The position numbers and the translations under genes were made by a program. From NCBI GenBank assembly GCA_963807925.1, contig CAWEDP010000002.1, positions 1,164,034 through 1,228,033 of the forward strand: a stretch of DNA of 64,000 nucleotides, given 5' to 3'. Positions within the stretch are counted from its first letter, which is position 1, and each line of letters opens with the position of its first letter. Below, in pieces: positions 29,903-38,886 of this stretch. Origin of the DNA: an uncultured Acidobacteriota bacterium. GTDB taxonomy: Bacteria; Acidobacteriota; Vicinamibacteria; Vicinamibacterales; CAVVIG01. The notes under the pieces are model-generated. The model worked only from the letters and a program-made list of their open reading frames with translations. It did no database searches and was not told the DNA's origin.

Positions 29903-30180
29903 GTTGGCTTTTAGACACCGCTGACTGTCGTTCGGCCGGACCTGGATCCCACAACGGTCACGCACAAGCACGACACCGCAACTGCGCACAACAAGTCAGA
30001 ACCCGAGTTGTTCGTGGAGTTTGCCGATCGCGTTCCCGAATGGTGCGTCGTCATTGGCCTCATCGGCACCGGACAAGAGATCCACGTCGGCTGGCTGATC
30101 GGTCAGCTTGAAGAACGTGCTCAAGAGGTGCTTATCCAGGACCTTGACGCGCCGCTTCGACCCATTTCTGGCAACGTCCC

Positions 30181-30226
30181 AAAAAACGAAAGGCCGGGAA
30201 TCCCGAAGGAAGACCGGCCCATTTTT
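30181..30226 (-). terminator. Rho-independent terminator next to the displaced tRNA 3' fragment (bidirectional hairpin)
   Basis: GGCCGG (30192-30197) and CCGGCC (30214-30219) form a stem with an inner 3-bp stem and a TTCG loop. A6 run at 30181-30186 gives a U-run on the minus strand; T5 at 30222-30226. Confidence 0.6.
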
Positions 30227-30234
30227 GCGATTTC

Positions 30235-30286
<52 letters not shown>

Positions 30287-30470
30287 TGAGCCTCACCGAT
30301 TTGCAAACGATTTCGCATCTCTCCGGACTCGGGTCGCAACCGGGTAGCGGCTCGGAAGTGCCAGCGGCCCACCTTAGCCGGCCATCGCCGACATGGTGAA
30401 CGCGAGACCCGAAGACGCAACACGCGGGCCAGCTTGTTACCCCACGCTGCGCGGTGCTACTGTGATCGCT

Positions 30471-30695
30471 ATGACATTGAAGGCTCGAGTGAAGGCCGGC
30501 CGGCTGGTCGTTGACGAACCCACAGACCTGCCCGAAGGAACGGAAATCGAGCTGCTGGCTCTCGATCCCGGAGATTGGCTCGACGAGGACGATCGTGCCG
30601 CCTTGCATCGGGCTCTGAAAGAATCCGACGAAGACATCAAGGCGGGCCGTCTCATTGACGCGGACGTGATCCTTCGCGAACTTCGATCGCGTTGA
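30471..30695 (+). CDS. Antitoxin of a ParE/RelE-type TA pair
   Basis: Start at ATG 30471 (MTLKARVKAGRLVVDEPTDLPEGTEIELL...). The N-terminus looks like an AF2212/DUF104-type antitoxin. The C-terminus (DRAALHRALKESDEDIKAGRLIDADVILRELRSR) is ParD/addiction-module-like. Its stop overlaps the toxin start (TTGA). Confidence 0.6.
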   Translation: MTLKARVKAGRLVVDEPTDLPEGTEIELLALDPGDWLDEDDRAALHRALKESDEDIKAGRLIDADVILRELRSR

Positions 30696-30991
30696 AGAAC
30701 CGCCGCGTCCGCTTCACAGCCACTGCGCAGGAACACGTTCGGCGGGAGGAGGCCTGGTGGCTGGCCAATCGCGACCACCCCGACGTGTTCGCCGAGGAAC
30801 TCCAACAAGCGCTCCAGATCATCACGGCGCTTCCGGGTGCCGGAACTCTCTACAATCAGTCGTCCTCTCCCGGCGTCCGCCGCGTCTACCTCAGGAGACT
30901 CGCCGCCCATCTCTATTACACGTTCGACGACACCAGGGTGATCGTTCGCGCTCTCTGGGGCTCGCGTCGCGAACGCGGCCCGCGGATTTGA
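30692..30991 (+). CDS. RelE/ParE-family toxin
   Basis: TTG start overlaps the antitoxin stop. ...VRRVYLRRLAAHLYYTFDDTRVIVRALWGSRR is a typical ParE C-terminus. Confidence 0.7.
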   Translation: MKNRRVRFTATAQEHVRREEAWWLANRDHPDVFAEELQQALQIITALPGAGTLYNQSSSPGVRRVYLRRLAAHLYYTFDDTRVIVRALWGSRRERGPRI

Positions 30992-31108
30992 CGTTCAACG
31001 GTGTGATGACTGCGACCATGGCGGTCCGAGCATGGCCCCGCGACGGGTTCAAGCCTGACGTTCATTGTGTGGGCGGTCACCCTCAAGTAACCTTGTTCGC
31101 ATTCCCTG

Positions 31109-34100
31109 ATGTCCGACGACAAGGATGACCTTCCTTTCGGTCTCTACGAGCGGCTTGTTACAGCCGGCCTGAAGGCGCGACTCCTCCGTTTCGATTCCAA
31201 CACCGCCCGCATCGTCAAAAGGCAGATCGATCCCACCGAGGCGTACGCCACGCTGGCCCGGCACGTCGCACACGTTGTGGCGCGTGCACTCAAAGCTCTC
31301 CCTGAACATGACCGCACCGCCGCACAATCCGAGCTGACCAATCAAGTCATCGGCTGGCTTGCCGCCCATTCAGCTGACGCCACGACTCACGAAGACCTGG
31401 TTGAAATCCCGCCCGAAGAACTTCGGGCCATTCAGGCCATCGGCCACATGCCGAATGCGGATCGGGACGTGGTCGCGCCCTTGGTCGCCCTGTCCGCGTC
31501 AGACCTCCTGGTCAACGCACGCGGCGAGCCCGGCCTCGCCCACGCGCTGGCGCACGAGATTCCGTCCGCCGACTCCATCGACCTGCTGTGCGCCTTCGTG
31601 CGATGGCATGGGTTGCGGCTACTTGAGGATCAACTCGGGGCGCATTGCCGGGCGGGCAAGCGGCTACGCGTGATCACGACCGTCTTCACCGGATCGACCG
31701 AACGCAAAGCGCTCGATTGGCTGGTGGCGCGCGGCGCGCAGGTCAAGGTCTCGTACGACACTCAGTCCACCCGCCTCCATGCGAAGGCGTGGCTCTTCCG
31801 CCGCGCCACCGGCTACTCCACCGCTTACATTGGCTCGTCAAATCTGTCGAAGTCGGCGCTCGTGGACGGTGTCGAGTGGAACGTGCGTCTGTCGCAGGTG
31901 GGCTCGCCGGACATCCTCGAGAAGTTCGATGGCACGTTCGACACGTACTGGGAAAGCCCCGAATACGAGTCTTATGAACCGAAACGGGATGCCGCTCGAT
32001 TCGATCGGGCTGTCGCGCCGCAACAAGGCGAATCGCTTGAGGCGCCGCTCCTCTTCCTTGACGTCGAACCCTGGCCACATCAGCGCGAGATGCTCGAGAA
32101 GCTCGCCGTCGAGCGCGAACGGCATCACCGCTTCAAGAATCTTGTCGTTGCCGCCACAGGCACCGGCAAGACCATCGTGGCCGCGCTGGATTACAAGCGC
32201 CTGTGCGATCAGCACGGCGATCTACGCTTGTTGTTTGTCGCGCATCGACAAGAAATCCTGAAACAGAGCCTCGGCGCGTTCCGCCAGGTCCTGCGGTCCG
32301 GGGATTTCGGCGAGCTCTACGTGGACAACCATCGGCCCGAAGAGTGGCGCCACGTGTTTGCGTCCATTCAATCGCTCGCACAGGTCGATCTCGACCTGCT
32401 CGATCCGGCCGCCTTCGACGTCGTGATTGTCGACGAATTTCATCATGCGGCGGCGCCGACGTATCGACGGCTGCTCAAACATCTCTTCGACCGCGAGGAG
32501 GCCCACTCGCTTACACAGCCGCCGAGAGTCCTTCTGGGTCTTACCGCCACGCCGGAACGCACCGACGCCGACGACATCCTTCACTACTTCGACAATCACA
32601 TCGCGGTGGAAATGCGGCTCTGGGACGCGCTCGAGCGTGAGCTGCTTTGCCCGTTCCAATATTTCGGGCTGCACGACAACACCGACTTGTCGTCGGTTCG
32701 GTGGTCCCGCAAGGGCTACGACAGGGCGGAGCTCGAGCGCCTGTACACGGGAGACGATGCGCGGGTGAGACTGGTGCTGGAGCAGGTGCGGCAGAAGCAC
32801 CGCGATGTGGGGACGATGCGCGCGCTCGGGTTCTGCGTGAGCATTGCGCACGCAGAGTTCATGGCACGGCGGTTCACCGAGGCGGGGCTTCCATCGGTGG
32901 CTGTGTCCGCTGACACCGACAGCGACAAGCGAAAGGACGCTCTGGCGTCGCTGCGGACGGGGCGGGTGCGAGCCCTCTTCGCGGTGGACCTGTTCAACGA
33001 GGGTGTCGATCTCCCGGAAGTCGACACGCTGCTCCTTCTACGGCCGACGGAGAGCGCCCTGGTGTTTCTCCAGCAGCTCGGGCGCGGGCTGCGACGCCAC
33101 GAAGGAAAAGACTGCGTCACCGTACTGGACTTCATCGGCCAGTCGCATCGGCAATTCCGCTTCGACCTGCGCTATCGCGCGGTCACGGGGACCACGCGGA
33201 CCGAAGTCGAGAAACAGGTGCAGCTCGGTTTTCCATTCCTGCCTGCGGGCTGCTCGATGCAGTTGGATCGCGTCGCCACCCAGATCGTCCTCGACAATCT
33301 GAAAAGCGCTGTCCCCTCGCGTCGTCCCGCGATGGTGCGGGAATTGAAGGCGCTCGCTGAGGCCCGTTCGGCTTCCGGACGTCGCATCACGCTTGCCGAG
33401 TTCCTTCAGGAGGCAGGGCTCGACCTGGACGACGTGTACCGCTCCGGCAGTTGGTCGGGCCTGCAACGTGACGCGGGCCTCAAGGTGCCCGCTCCGGGGC
33501 CACATGAAACGCTGATCGGCGATCGGCTGGCCGGCATTCTGCACGTGGACGATCCGCTTCGGCTCGGTGCCTATGAACACCTTGCGGCATCGGCATCGGT
33601 GAGCGCGATGTCGGACGCCGACCGCCGCCTCATGACTGGCTTTCACTTCGCCGTGATCGCTTCTAACATTGCACCCGAGACACTCGCGGAGTCGGTCGCG
33701 CTTCTTCGCGCACATCCTGCCATCGTCGAAGAGCTGCGCGAGCTGCTTCCCTTGCTCGACGAGCGGTCGGAGCATCTCACCTATCCGCTCGACCTTGCCC
33801 AGCCTGCCGGATCGCCAGTCTGCGTCCCTCTGTCCGTGCACGCGCGCCACACAGTGGACGATGTGCTCACGGCGTTCGGGATAGTGGATTTCAATAAAAC
33901 CGTGTGGAAGCAGACGGGTACCATCCGAGACGAGGGGACGAACTCGGACCTGTTCTTTGTGACACTCGAGAAGTCCGAACGCGAGTATTCGCCGTCCACG
34001 CTGTACAAGGACTATGCGATTTCTCCCACGCTGTTCCATTGGGAGTCGCAGTCGACCACCACGCAGCGGTCGAAAACGGGGCAGCGCTACATTCATCACC

Positions 34101-34294
34101 GGAACCGTGGCGGCAACATCCTGCTGTTCGTGCGTCCACGAAAGAAGAACGAGGGCCGCACGATGCCATACACGTTTCTGGGCCCTGCAGACTACGTCTC
34201 GCACAAGGGCGATCGGCCAATCAGCTTTGTGTGGAAATTGCGGAGGCCGATGCCCGCGGATTGCTTCCGGCAGGCGAAGGTGGCCAGCGGCTAA
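31109..34294 (+). CDS. PLD-like (single HKD, NucT-type) nuclease + SF2 DEAD/DEAH-box helicase + C-terminal DUF3427 domain protein
   Basis: HKD: H224-A-K226...GSSN245 (nt 31778-31843). Walker A AATGTGKT (K354, nt 32150-32173). DEFH (nt 32432-32443). TATPER. Helicase-C block FAVDLFNEGVDLPEVDTLLLLRPTES...QQLGRGLR. C-terminal ...FFVTLEKSEREYSPSTLYKDYAISPTLFHWESQS...ILLFVRPRK...YTFLGPADY matches my memory of DUF3427. Confidence 0.85.
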   Translation: MSDDKDDLPFGLYERLVTAGLKARLLRFDSNTARIVKRQIDPTEAYATLARHVAHVVARALKALPEHDRTAAQSELTNQVIGWLAAHSADATTHEDLVEIPPEELRAIQAIGHMPNADRDVVAPLVALSASDLLVNARGEPGLAHALAHEIPSADSIDLLCAFVRWHGLRLLEDQLGAHCRAGKRLRVITTVFTGSTERKALDWLVARGAQVKVSYDTQSTRLHAKAWLFRRATGYSTAYIGSSNLSKSALVDGVEWNVRLSQVGSPDILEKFDGTFDTYWESPEYESYEPKRDAARFDRAVAPQQGESLEAPLLFLDVEPWPHQREMLEKLAVERERHHRFKNLVVAATGTGKTIVAALDYKRLCDQHGDLRLLFVAHRQEILKQSLGAFRQVLRSGDFGELYVDNHRPEEWRHVFASIQSLAQVDLDLLDPAAFDVVIVDEFHHAAAPTYRRLLKHLFDREEAHSLTQPPRVLLGLTATPERTDADDILHYFDNHIAVEMRLWDALERELLCPFQYFGLHDNTDLSSVRWSRKGYDRAELERLYTGDDARVRLVLEQVRQKHRDVGTMRALGFCVSIAHAEFMARRFTEAGLPSVAVSADTDSDKRKDALASLRTGRVRALFAVDLFNEGVDLPEVDTLLLLRPTESALVFLQQLGRGLRRHEGKDCVTVLDFIGQSHRQFRFDLRYRAVTGTTRTEVEKQVQLGFPFLPAGCSMQLDRVATQIVLDNLKSAVPSRRPAMVRELKALAEARSASGRRITLAEFLQEAGLDLDDVYRSGSWSGLQRDAGLKVPAPGPHETLIGDRLAGILHVDDPLRLGAYEHLAASASVSAMSDADRRLMTGFHFAVIASNIAPETLAESVALLRAHPAIVEELRELLPLLDERSEHLTYPLDLAQPAGSPVCVPLSVHARHTVDDVLTAFGIVDFNKTVWKQTGTIRDEGTNSDLFFVTLEKSEREYSPSTLYKDYAISPTLFHWESQSTTTQRSKTGQRYIHHRNRGGNILLFVRPRKKNEGRTMPYTFLGPADYVSHKGDRPISFVWKLRRPMPADCFRQAKVASG

Positions 34295-34403
34295 CGATCT
34301 CCGCCACGTCCGCGGCGACAGCCAAGCCCGCAATCTTCGGTGGCTTACGACGCTCGGGTAGCAACGAAATCGGACAAGAGCCGGGGCACATTCGTCAGAA
34401 CTC

Positions 34404-35115
34404 TCAGTGGGCGGAAGCTCCACAGCATCTCTTGTACTTTCGCCCACTGCCGCACGGACATGGATCGTTCCGCCCGATTTTGACGCTCCGGCGTGGGGAA
34501 CGTTCGACCGCCGCTTGCTCTGCGAGCACTTGAGAAATCGATCGGCCGAAGTGCGCGTACTCCGCGACAGCATTCGGAAACACTCGGCGGATCGTCGTCG
34601 CGAGGACTTCCAACGTCTTGTCGGCGGCGCTCTCCTTGCGGAACGCTTCTGCGATGTCTCGCGACGCGAAGAAGCTCAAGGCCAACAACGTCGCCGCGAA
34701 CTGGTCATCGAGGTCTTCCGGGATGTACAGAATCCCAGACATCCTCGAGCCAGGTGTGACCACGCATGAAGCCACGCGACCATTGACTGACCGGCGCGTC
34801 GGGAGCCAGGTTGGCAAGAACATCGTCACGGAAGACACAATCAGCTGGCACAGCAGCCGTCTCGCCGATGACGCTGGCATTGACCGCGTTGTAGAGCGAC
34901 ATGAGGTCGCCCAAGACGCGTCTGGCTTCGTCGACACTCGTGTAGTCCGGTTCGGTGTCGCCAAAAACCAGCGGCATCCACTCCGACGGTGGGATTAACT
35001 CGGGCGCGCTCGCGACTGCAAGAAGAAACCCTTGAAGTTCGTGATACCGGAGCGTGTCAGCCGGCCGCGCGGGATCGTCCAGAAACGCTTTCAACGATTC
35101 GTTGCGAACCTGCAC
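34404..35115 (-). pseudogene. YecA/UPF0149-family protein with C-terminal SEC-C motif, split by one frameshift (or a sequencing error)
   Basis: The N-terminal part is in ORF 34705..35115 (GTG start; [31 protein letters not shown]). The C-terminal part is in ORF 34404..34964 (...[19 protein letters not shown]). The frames meet at the C3 run 34734-34736. Deleting one base gives ...[18 protein letters not shown]..., about 236 aa. Confidence 0.6.
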
Positions 35116-35129
35116 GGCACCGGCCCGCT

Positions 35130-35402
35130 TTACCGACTTGCGGCACGCTTCACATCGCGTGGGAGTTCTTCCCGGAGAACCCGTCGAAGAGTCGCCTCGA
35201 GCGGTTCGCGTTTCACCTGAACGTACTCGCGTAGAGCCGCATTGATCAGGGTCTGATAACTTCCTCCGCCGGCCGCGTGCACCTGTTTCCGGAACCAGTG
35301 GAGCAGATCATCGTCGATGCGGATCGTGATCCGAGTCTTCCCCGGCGGAGTCTTCAACACCGCGCCGCGCCTTCCATGGCTGAAGTCGTAGTGTGTCTTC
35401 AT
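35130..35402 (-). CDS. brnA: BrnA-type antitoxin (ribbon-helix-helix)
   Basis: Start ATG 35402 (MKTHYDFSHGRRGAV...ITIRIDDDLLHWFRKQ...YQTLINAALREYV). ATGA overlap with brnT. Confidence 0.75.
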   Translation of the reverse strand: MKTHYDFSHGRRGAVLKTPPGKTRITIRIDDDLLHWFRKQVHAAGGGSYQTLINAALREYVQVKREPLEATLRRVLREELPRDVKRAASR

Positions 35403-35674
35403 GCTTTGCTTCCGTACTGTTCGCGTTCTTTCGGCTCGGCTTTTCGAGCGGATATCAGCCGCGGCCGATCGCCCCGCCATGTGTACACGACGACGACCAC
35501 GTTTCCGAGGGCGTCCATGCCGACGGTGATGTAGCGTTCCTCACCTTCAGCATCCTCTCGAATGGTAACGGCGTGCTCGTCATGCAGTACCGTGGCCGCA
35601 TCGGCGAAATCGACGCCGTGCTTCTTGAGGTTCGCGGCCGCCTTCCGAGGGTCCCACTCGGCATCGTCGCCCAT
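35399..35674 (-). CDS. brnT: BrnT-type toxin (DUF497 ribonuclease)
   Basis: EWDPRKAAANLKKHGVDFADAATVLHDEHAVTIREDAEGEERYITVG...ISARKAEPKERE is the typical BrnT pattern. Confidence 0.8.
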   Translation of the reverse strand: MGDDAEWDPRKAAANLKKHGVDFADAATVLHDEHAVTIREDAEGEERYITVGMDALGNVVVVVYTWRGDRPRLISARKAEPKEREQYGSKA

Positions 35675-35685
35675 TCCCTCTGTTG

Positions 35686-35714
35686 AGTATATGCACAGTT
35701 GTGCATACAGTCAA
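35686..35714 (-). promoter_or_regulatory. brnTA promoter with operator-like inverted repeat in the spacer
   Basis: Minus strand: TTGACT (35714->35709), 17-nt spacer, TATACT (35691->35686), then 11 nt to ATG 35674. The 8-2-8 inverted repeat TATGCACA-GT-TGTGCATA (35690-35707) fills the spacer. Confidence 0.6.
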
Positions 35715-35894
35715 CCTCACGACCGCTCCGTCGGGTAGCGTCAGGGTAGTACGGACCACTGTGTCCAACCCGATCAGTGCTGTGGCTCGAGCGGCCTGGA
35801 ACGCCCGTGATGGTGCAGACGGACCGGATTTGGACTTCAGGTCACTCGGTCAGAAACCAAGTGACCGGCACACTTAACGGAAAATCGCCGCTCG

Positions 35895-35935
35895 AAAAAG
35901 CAAAGAGGTCAGATTTCCTAGGGAATCTGACCTCT
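35895..35935 (-). terminator. Rho-independent terminator downstream of tRNA-Pro
   Basis: Perfect 12-bp stem AGAGGTCAGATT (35904-35915) / AATCTGACCTCT (35924-35935). The minus strand is followed by TTTGCTTTTTCG. Confidence 0.75.
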
Positions 35936-35949
35936 CGTCGCTTTGAAAA

Positions 35950-36027
<78 letters not shown>

Positions 36028-36042
36028 ACACTTAGTGGTCCC

Positions 36043-36801
36043 CTATCTTACCTTAGCTTCCAGCTCCAGCGATAGCCGCTCCACCGCCCCGAGCGCCCGG
36101 TGCGCCGTCAGATCGGGATGCAGCGGCGTCAGCGACACGAACCCGTCGCGCACGGCCTGGTAGTCCGACCGATCGTGCGGCTCCCACTGATCCTCCCCTT
36201 CCTCGATCCAGTAGTACGGCCGCCCCTTCGGATCGTGCCGCTCGGCCACCGACGTCACGTGGTTCCGCTTCGCCTGCACCGTCACCCGAAAGCCCCGCGG
36301 CTGCCCTCCCGGCACGTTGATGTTGAGAAACGTGCGCGCCGGCAGCGGATGCCGCAGGATTGCCTCCGCCATCGCCGCCGCCGCCCCCGCCGACGGCCCG
36401 AAGTCGTACTCGCCCCGCGTGAAGCGCAGCGAGACGGCAATCCCCTGCACCCCGAGCAGCGCCGCCTCGAGCGCCCCCGCCACCGTCCCGGAGTACGTCA
36501 CGTCGTCGCCGAGATTCCACCCCTTGTTGATGCCGGAGACCACGAGATCCGGCAGCCCGTGAAAGATCTGCGTGACGGCGATGTTGACGCAATCGGTTGG
36601 CGTCCCGTCGACCGCGAACAGCCGATCCGCGATCTTGTCGAGCCGCAGCGGATAGCGCAGCGTCAGCGCGTGGCCGATCGCGCTCGCTTCCTCCACCGGC
36701 GCGACGATGGTCACCTCGCCGAACGGCGTCAGCACCTCGGCCAGCGCGTGGATCCCGGGCGATCGATACCCATCGTCGTTGGTGACCAGAATGCGTCGCA
36801 T
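36043..36801 (-). CDS. surE: 5'/3'-nucleotidase SurE
   Basis: [24 protein letters not shown]...[25 protein letters not shown]. Confidence 0.9.
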   Translation of the reverse strand: MRRILVTNDDGYRSPGIHALAEVLTPFGEVTIVAPVEEASAIGHALTLRYPLRLDKIADRLFAVDGTPTDCVNIAVTQIFHGLPDLVVSGINKGWNLGDDVTYSGTVAGALEAALLGVQGIAVSLRFTRGEYDFGPSAGAAAAMAEAILRHPLPARTFLNINVPGGQPRGFRVTVQAKRNHVTSVAERHDPKGRPYYWIEEGEDQWEPHDRSDYQAVRDGFVSLTPLHPDLTAHRALGAVERLSLELEAKVR

Positions 36802-36813
36802 CGGCAGCAATCA

Positions 36814-38061
36814 TTATAGGATGACGAACAATGCGGCCGTGGCGACGAGCGCAATCGACGCGCCGACGCCGAACGCCGCCGGCGCCCCGTACGCGCGCCA
36901 GATCAGTCCGAAGACGATGCTGGCCGTGAGCGCGCCGATCCCGCTCACCGCGTTGTAATAGCCGAACGCGGTACCGCGACGCGCCGCGGGCGCCAGGTCC
37001 GCGACGAGCGCTTTCTCGACGCCCTCGGCGAATCCGTAATAGCAGCCGTACACCATGAACCACGTCAGCAGCGCCGGCAGCGTCGCGCTGATCGCGAACC
37101 CGGCGTACACGGCGGCATACACGAGCCACCCGATCGCAATCACGGTTCGACGCCCCACGCGATCCGACCAGGCGCCCGCCGCCAGCGACACGACCGTCTT
37201 GACGACGTGGATGCCCGCCCACATGAGCGGCACGTAGCGAGGACTCCCCGCAGCATCGGTGAGCCGGAGCAGCAGAAACGCGTCCGTCGAGTTGCCGAGC
37301 ATGAAGAAGCTCAGCACGCCGATAAACGCGTAGAAGCGTCGCGGCAGGCGCTCGGCGCCGGCGTCCGACTGGACGCGGGCGCTGACTCCCAGCGGCGAGG
37401 AGGCCCCACCTCCGCCCGCGACAACAGGCCTGATTGACGGAGGGCCCGCGGGCGCGGCCGGAGCCGGCGCGGCCGCATCGCCCCGCGGCGCCGCTTCCCC
37501 GCGTTCGGGCACCAGCAGGATCAGCAGCACGGCGACCGCGCCCGGGACGATCGTCAGCGCGAACAGCGTGCGATAGCGATCCGGATACAGGATCAGGAAC
37601 AGCGTCGCCAGCGCCGGCCCGATGACGGCGCCGAGGTTGTCCATCCCCTGGTGGAACCCGTACACGAGGCCGCGCGTCGCCGGCGTCGCCCACGCCGCCA
37701 GCATCGCGTCGCGCGGCGCGGTGCGCACGCCCTTCCCAATCCGGTCGGCGACGCGCACCGTGAACACGTGCGTCCATGTCGTCGCCAGCGCAATCAGCGG
37801 ACGAACGGCCGACGACACGCTGTACCCGAGCAGCACGAGCGGGCGCTTGGCCGGCGACCGATCGGCCATGCGGCCGGCGACGATCTTCAACAGGCTGTTG
37901 GCCGCTTCGGCCGCGCCCTCGACGATGCCGACCGAGATCGCCCCGGCGGAGAGGACGCGAGTCAGGAAGAACGGGAGCAACGGATAGATCGCCTCGCTCG
38001 CGGCGTCGGTCGCAAGACTGACGAATCCAAGCAGCCAGACAGCGCGGGGCAGATTGAACAT
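36814..38061 (-). CDS. MFS transporter
   Basis: Start ATG 38061 (MFNLPRAVWLLGFVSLATDAASEAIYPLLPFF...). GRMADRSPAKR and WSDRVGRR loop motifs. A Pro/Ala-rich central loop. Confidence 0.75.
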   Translation of the reverse strand: MFNLPRAVWLLGFVSLATDAASEAIYPLLPFFLTRVLSAGAISVGIVEGAAEAANSLLKIVAGRMADRSPAKRPLVLLGYSVSSAVRPLIALATTWTHVFTVRVADRIGKGVRTAPRDAMLAAWATPATRGLVYGFHQGMDNLGAVIGPALATLFLILYPDRYRTLFALTIVPGAVAVLLILLVPERGEAAPRGDAAAPAPAAPAGPPSIRPVVAGGGGASSPLGVSARVQSDAGAERLPRRFYAFIGVLSFFMLGNSTDAFLLLRLTDAAGSPRYVPLMWAGIHVVKTVVSLAAGAWSDRVGRRTVIAIGWLVYAAVYAGFAISATLPALLTWFMVYGCYYGFAEGVEKALVADLAPAARRGTAFGYYNAVSGIGALTASIVFGLIWRAYGAPAAFGVGASIALVATAALFVIL

Positions 38062-38149
38062 GTGAGATGCAGGCACGACCGGATTCGTTCTGGCTGGAGC
38101 CAACCGGCGTGGAGGCGCGCAGAAGGCGACGTGTGACGCCGACCGTCGA

Positions 38150-38800
38150 CTACCGCTGTTGATAGGGCGCGATGGGACCGTCGGCGGTCGAGGGCACGTA
38201 GATGGTCTTGCGGTCGCCGCCGCGACGGTACACCGGCTGCCCGTGGTACTCGCCGATCTTCGTGAACCGATCCGCCGCATACGCGACCGCCTCGCCCGCG
38301 AGGGACCACACGGATCCATTGAAAGGAATCCAGAGGCCGCGGTTCCATCGCGCGGGAATCGGGAACGGCGACGCCTCGCGCGGCCGGGACGCGACGGCGT
38401 CCGGAGGTGCTGGATTTGCTGCGTCCCGGGCCTCGCGCTGGTCGACCGCGGTCGAAGCCGCCGGCTCTCCGGTTCGCCGCCGCTCGTAGGGGCGCATGAG
38501 ACCGCGGCCGATCGGGACCAGGAGGACGCTGTTCGGCTCGATGCTCGAGTCCTGATACAGCGGCACGCCGCGCCAGTTGCCCGACAGCCCCATCACGTTG
38601 GGATCGAAGAAGACCGTGGGTCCTGCCGGATAGTACAGGCTGCCCTGGAAGAGAATCGGTTCGTTCTCGACCTGCCACCCTGCCGGGGCGGCCGTAATCG
38701 ACGGTTCGGGCGACGGCGCCTGGCACGCTTCGGCCACGGCGCCACTCGCCGCCATCAGCATCGCCGCCATCGTCCACGCAAGCGTCCGCATGGGTTCCAT
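38150..38800 (-). CDS. Secreted hypothetical protein
   Basis: Signal peptide MRTLAWTMAAMLMAASGAVAEA. Coding-like composition. No family recognised. Confidence 0.45.
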   Translation of the reverse strand: MEPMRTLAWTMAAMLMAASGAVAEACQAPSPEPSITAAPAGWQVENEPILFQGSLYYPAGPTVFFDPNVMGLSGNWRGVPLYQDSSIEPNSVLLVPIGRGLMRPYERRRTGEPAASTAVDQREARDAANPAPPDAVASRPREASPFPIPARWNRGLWIPFNGSVWSLAGEAVAYAADRFTKIGEYHGQPVYRRGGDRKTIYVPSTADGPIAPYQQR

Positions 38801-38886
38801 ATCAGCCTCGCAGCTTCCATCTCAACCGCGTGAGGGCACGGCACGCCGATCGTGCGAAGAGTACAGATCGATCCAGGGAATTGCAA

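Noticed and set aside
29903-30007. TGCGCAGTTGCGGTG (minus strand) upstream of the second receptor operon as a sixth regulon site
   Set aside because: The half-sites are degenerate, the period is 8 rather than 10, and there is no -10-like hexamer 21-22 nt downstream.
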